A stretch of DNA of 64,000 nucleotides from Eledone cirrhosa. Its lineage: Eukaryota. The translations under genes and the position numbers were made by a program. The notes below the pieces were generated by a model. That model was not told the origin of the DNA and made no database searches. It saw nothing but the letters and a program-made list of their open reading frames with translations. Within the stretch, counting starts at the first letter, position 1. Every line of letters begins with the position of its first letter. Positions 57,333 through 64,000 of this stretch are shown here, in pieces. The stretch covers positions 11,470,001-11,534,000 of the forward strand of contig OZ024764.1 of assembly GCA_964016885.1 (NCBI GenBank), in the 5' to 3' direction.

Positions 57333-57421
57333 TAGATATAGATATAAATATATATGGACCAATATGTATATATATATACACACACACACACATAGATATA
57401 GATATAAATATATATGGACCA

Positions 57422-57452
<31 letters not shown>

Positions 57453-58235
57453 GACACACACGTATATAGAGACACTACAATCATAACCACACATATTCAC
57501 AACAAAAGACATGTCAGAACTGTAGCTATGTTATATAGGAATTAATGGTCCCCTCCTCCTTTTCCTCTTCATACTACCCTTTCGTTCTCTTCTTTTCCTT
57601 TCTCCTTCTTTTCCTTTGTTATCTTCTTCTTCTTCTTCTTCTTCTTCTTCTTCTTCTTCTTCTTCTACCACCAACACCACCATCACTACCACTACTAACA
57701 CCACCACTACTAACACCACCACTACCATCACCACAACCACCACCACAACGACTACCATCACAACAACAACAACCACCAACAACCACCACCACCACTACCA
57801 TCACTACTTCCACTGCCGCCACCACCGCACCCACAATACACTCCCCTCCCCACCACCACCACCACACTACCACATCACTATCAGCACAACTACCACGACG
57901 ACGACCATCACCACCACCACCACGACCATCACCACCACCACCACCACGACCATCACCACCACCACCACCACCATCACCACCACCACCACCACCATCACCA
58001 CCACCACCACCACCATCACAACCACCACCACCACTACCACTAGTAAGTCCACCACAACCAGCACCACTACCACCACCACCATCACTCTACTGACCATTCT
58101 TTAGCCAGAGTCTTAAGAATTAATACCAGCAAATGGTTTATGACTTCCCTGGAATCTCTCTTCAAGAGAATTAGTTGTAATCAAAAACAGGAAGGATTCT
58201 ATTAAAGCCACAATGTCAAACATCATATATATTCT

Positions 58236-58463
58236 CGGTGGATTGGCAGTATCGGTAGAGGGTCGGACGCCATGCTTTGACGCATAGAGTTACGGCCCTT
58301 GTCAATCTGAGTTCAAATCCCGCCGAGGTTAACTTTGCTTTTCATCCTTACGGGGTCGATAAAATAAAGTACCAGTAATGTACTGGGTAATTGCTGGCCT
58401 TGTGCCTAAAGTAGAAACAATTATCATATATATTCTTGGTGCAAGTATAGGACATATACACAC

Positions 58464-58523
<60 letters not shown>

Positions 58524-58710
58524 GTTTCTATTTTAGGCACAAGGTCAGCAATTGCCCCAGTGCATTACTGGTACTTTATTTTATCGACCCCGTAAGGATG
58601 AAAGGCAAAGTTAACCTCGGCGGGATTTGAACTCGGATCGTAAAGGGACGTAACTCTATGCTTCAAAGCATGGTGTCCGACTCTCTACCGATACTGCCAA
58701 TCCACCGCCC
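58236..58710. mobile_element. Tail-to-tail inverted pair of Meta-like SINEs
   Basis: + copy 58236-58423 and - copy 58520-58710. Confidence 0.9.
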
Positions 58711-58833
58711 TTATATATATATATAATGATGATGATGATATATATATATATATGTATATATGTGTGTGTGTGTGTGTGTGTGATATATATATATATATAT
58801 ATATGTATATTCATATATATATACACACATATA

Positions 58834-58922
58834 CAGGGTGTCCCCAAAAATATATACACTGTTTGATTACCTGCGCAGGCAATATTTATATGAATGGTGT
58901 ATACATTTTTTGGGACACCCTG
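58834..58922. mobile_element. 89-bp Tc1/mariner-type MITE with TA target duplication
   Basis: TA-cagggtgtccccaaaaatatatacac ... gtgtatacattttttgggacaccctg-TA. Confidence 0.88.
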
Positions 58923-58926
58923 TACA

Positions 58927-58980
<54 letters not shown>

Positions 58981-58983
<3 letters not shown>

Positions 58984-59050
58984 ATAATGAAATTATTGTG
59001 TAAAGTGCTCAGGTGCACTACAACTCGTCAAAGGTGCATGTATAGTACTT
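58981..59050 (-). mobile_element. CR1 3' terminus
   Basis: Reverse complement of 17140-17210. Confidence 0.85.
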
Positions 59051-59068
59051 AGAATAATATATATATAT

Positions 59069-59485
59069 AGGATAAAAGAGAAAACACAGGTAAACATTAA
59101 TAAAAGGATTTTATCCAGGTATTTACCACCGTTTCCTCTTCCTCTTCCTCTCTCTCTATACTAGCAAATACAATTCCAAAAAATATTTTTCTATTTATTA
59201 ACAACTTGTTAAGAGTAACTTATTCACTATTTTGAAAATTTGGACGTGTACAACAATTATTATTGAGTGGCTGCTATTTGCAGTAAAGCAAATGGTTGCA
59301 CTTACCAATGAAACGGTGGTAAATACCTGGATAAAATCCTTTTGTTAATGCTTACCTGTGTTTTCTCTTTTATCCTTTAAACTCCAAGATTGGACGTGAT
59401 TCTTACAAACTTGTGGAGTTACCTCTAACCATACCTCTTAACCACGAACTGGATTACAATAAGCAATTTTTAGCTTCCCTAACTA
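59069..59485 (+). mobile_element. pLTR-like fragment with 67-bp inverted duplication
   Basis: 59069-59135 is the reverse complement of 59310-59376; (TA)n at both outer ends. Confidence 0.55.
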
Positions 59486-59650
59486 TATATATATATATAT
59501 ATGTAGGAGGTGAGTTTTATTGTAGTACAATAAAGCAATGCAGATATCGGATAAGATCTGATGAAAACACAAATATTATTGTTTGATGATGTTTGTTTTT
59601 GAAATGCGCATAATAAAATATATTGAACTCCTTTAACCATCTTTTGATCT

Positions 59651-59692
<42 letters not shown>

Positions 59693-59818
59693 TATAATAT
59701 ATATATAATATATATATAATATATATATAATATATATATAATATATATATAATATATATATAATATATATATAATATATATATAATATATATATAATATA
59801 TATATAATATATATATAG

Positions 59819-60450
<632 letters not shown>

Positions 60451-60567
60451 ACATATATATACATATATATATAATAATTGGGTCGTACATATGAAATTTG
60501 TAGAAATTTGTTTTTTTTCTGCAAATTTCATACTTGAAGCCCAATATGTATATATTATATACATATA

Positions 60568-60718
60568 TATGCTTTCCAGCATAGTTACGTCCCTTTATGA
60601 TCTGAGTTCAAATCCCGCCGAGGTTGACTTTGCCTTTCATCCTTACAGGGTCGATAAAATAAAGTACCAGTAATGCACTGGGTAATTGCTGGCCTTGTGC
60701 CTAAAGTAGAAACAATTA
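60568..60718 (+). mobile_element. Meta-like SINE, 5'-truncated
   Basis: Homology to the 15943 family. Confidence 0.88.
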
Positions 60719-61187
60719 TATACATATATATGTGTGTACACACATATATATACACATATATATACACACGCATATATATATACACATATATATATACACA
60801 CGCATATATATATATATATATACACATATATATATATACCCACGCATATATATATATATACACATATACATATATATATACACACACGCATATATATATA
60901 TATATACACATATATATATATATACACACACGCATATATATATATATATATATACACCCACGCATATATATATATACACACATATATATACACACGCATA
61001 TATATATATATATACACACATATTTATATATATATACCCACGCATATATATATATATACACATATATATATATATATACACACACGCATATATATATACA
61101 CACACGCATATATATATATACCCACGCATATATATATATACACATATATATATATATACACACACACACATATATATATATACACAC

Positions 61188-61255
<68 letters not shown>

Positions 61256-61764
61256 CCTACAGGTGTTTATATTGATTAATCAATATGTTTTGATGTTCTA
61301 CTGCAGTCATTATGCTGTAACCCTGAAGTCAAGGAAGATAACTCTGCACGCATCAGTCTGCCTGACTGTCAACAGGTCCCAGTGCTTGTTTCCGGTTCAT
61401 TGGTTAGTGTTATCCTGTGCAGTCAACTGTAACGGTGGCTTCAAGTGATAACACTCCACTTCTTACTACTCTATAATTATGTATAGACAAAATATGTTCA
61501 AGTGTGTGTGTATGGGTATATATATGTGTGTGTATATGTTTATATTTGTATGTTTATATCTATGTATATATCTATGTATATATATATATGTATATATTAT
61601 GTATGTATATATGGATATGTATGTATATATGTGTGTATATATGTATATGTGTATGTATATATGTATATGTATGTATATATGTGTGTATATATGTATATGT
61701 GTATGTATATATGTATATGTATGTATATATGTGTATATATGTATGTGTGTGTATATATATATAT

Positions 61765-61792
61765 ATATGAATGTGTATATGTGTGTGTGTGA

Positions 61793-61823
<31 letters not shown>

Positions 61824-61975
61824 TGCATATATATATATATATATCCAGTTATATATGTATATATACAACAATATATATGTGTGTATGTGTACATGTGTGT
61901 GTGTGTATGTATATATATATATATATATATGAATGTGTATATGTGTGTGTATATTATACACACACACACACACAA

Positions 61976-62018
<43 letters not shown>

Positions 62019-62113
62019 GCAATATATATGTGTGTATGTGTACACGTGTGTGTGTGTATGTTATATATATATGTATATATTATGTATCTATATATGTATA
62101 TGTGTGTATATAT

Positions 62114-62145
<32 letters not shown>

Positions 62146-62945
62146 GAATGTGTATATGTGTGTGTGTGTATATATACACACACACACACAGAATAATATA
62201 TATATATATATATATATCCAGTTATATATGTATATATACAACAATATATATGTGTGTATGTGTACACGTGTGTGTGTGTGTGTATGTATATATATATGTA
62301 TATGTGTGTTATATATGTATGTGTGTATATATATATATATATGAATGTGTATATGTGTGTGTGTGTATATATACACACACACACACAAGCATATATATAT
62401 ATATATCCAGTTATATATGTATATATACAACAATATATATGTGTGTATGTGTACACGTGTGTGTGTATGTATATATATATATGTATATATTATGTATGTA
62501 TATATGTATATGTGTATATATATGTATGTGTGTATATATATATATATGAATGTGTATGTGGTGTGTGTGTGTGTGTATATATACACACACACACACACAC
62601 ACAAGCATATATATATATATATATATATATCCAGTTATATATGTATATATACAACAATATATATGTGTGTATGTGTACACGTGTGTGTGTGTGTGTATGT
62701 ATATATATATATGTATATATTATGTATGTATATATGTATATGTGTGTATATATGTATGTGTGTATATATATATATATATATGAATGTGTATATGTGTGTG
62801 AGTGTATATATACACACACACACACACACAAGCATATATATATATATATATATATATCCAGTTATATATGTATATATACAACAATATAAATGTGTGTATG
62901 TGTACACGTGTGTGTGTGTGTGTGTGTATGTATATATATATATAC
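61765..62945. repeat. ~190-230-bp tandem repeat of microsatellite-laced units
   Basis: Anchor atccagttatatatgtatatatacaacaat at ~61843, 62216, 62405, 62629, 62856. Confidence 0.85.
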
Positions 62946-63147
62946 TTCTATAGCTCGTAGGCTGAAACAGGTAGCTTTTCAAAGTCTGTATGTAAACAAG
63001 TAAACACAAGAGGTATATATATTTCATAGATATGTTACAGATATGGCTGTGTGGTTAAATAGTTCTGCTTCACAACCACATCTATAATGTTTTCAACCCT
63101 ATGTTACAACCTCCTACATTTGATTCCATGATTCTGTGGCACTTCGT

Positions 63148-63181
<34 letters not shown>

Positions 63182-63186
<5 letters not shown>

Positions 63187-63575
63187 GAGGAATTCCAACT
63201 TTGTCTGATTTACTCGTTTTATTTACAATCCTTTAAAATATATAATGGTATTATAATGAAATAGTATGGTAGAATATTAAATTCTAAGTGTTAATTGAAC
63301 AAGTACTTTCATGCTTTCGCAATCTTCAGGTTCCTAATATGTGGTGACAGTCAAGTTTGCAATTTTGAACTGTCAGATTTTCAACAGTTGAAAATTGCAA
63401 ACTTGACTGTCACCACATATTATGAACCTGAAGATTGCGAAAGCATGAAAGTACTTGTTCAATTAACACTTAGAATTTAATATTCTATCATACTATTTCA
63501 TTATAATACCATTATAAATTTTAAAGGATTGTAAATAAAACGAGTAAATCAGACAAAGTTGGAATTCCTCTTATT
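63182..63575. repeat. 394-bp near-perfect palindrome (~192-bp arms, 10-nt loop)
   Basis: Arms are reverse-complementary with about four visible mismatches; loop 63374-63383. Confidence 0.97.
63423..63461 (+). ncRNA. Minimal type I hammerhead ribozyme candidate (mirror copy on - strand at 63297-63333)
   Basis: tgaac-CTGAAGA-t-tgc-GAAA-gca-t-GAAA-gtac-TT-gttca; palindromic AGTACT in place of helix III. Confidence 0.75.
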
Positions 63576-63623
63576 AATATAATCTTCTATACACAATCAT
63601 ACACACCTGTGTATATTTACCTA

Positions 63624-63679
<56 letters not shown>

Positions 63680-63801
63680 CATGCATACATCTGGGCTTCA
63701 CAGATAAATATGTGACATTGCAATACAATGGGATGAAATATAATAATAGTATCACTGATGATGTCGCAGGCGTGTGATGAAAGAAGTCTGAGAGACTATA
63801 T

Positions 63802-64000
63802 ATCATCATCATCATCATCATCATCATCGTTTAACGTCCATGTTCCACGCTTGCAAGGGTTTGGATGGGGGTTTTCCCACTTGAGGCAAGAGTGGTTGTC
63901 TTGCTCGCATAGGACTGTCTGGCGGGTTTTCTACAGCTGGATGCCCTTCCTAACACCAACCACATTTACAGTGTGGGGCTGGGAGGTTTTTACCGTGTTG
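63802..64000 (-). mobile_element. RTE 3' UTR copy (runs off window)
   Basis: (CAT)n plus cgtttaacgtccatgttccacgcttgc. Confidence 0.92.

Overview
Eukaryotic, gene-poor and repeat-saturated DNA. The SINE and LINE families look like those of coleoid cephalopods (octopus-like); this is recognition from memory, not a database result. No intact host protein-coding gene is visible, and nearly all listed ORFs are microsatellite or tandem-repeat artefacts. The window contains RTE, CR1, R4/Dong-like and probable L1/Tx1-like LINE 3' fragments, at least three tRNA-derived SINE types, a deleted mariner, a Tc1-type MITE, and very large (TA)n/(CA)n/(CAC)n tracts. Three signals stand out. (1) A dispersed set of minimal type I hammerhead ribozyme motifs sits in short non-coding Penelope-pLTR/retrozyme-like modules. 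These abut (TA)n, share a GTATTGAGTAC box, and repeatedly form fold-back palindromes that turn around at the ribozyme. (2) About ten independent tandem arrays derive from internal pieces of retroelements, several with their parent and the junction microhomology visible in the window. (3) A ~170-bp direct repeat brackets an RTE-tailed insertion and may be a giant target-site duplication. Coordinates were read by eye and may be off by a few bases.
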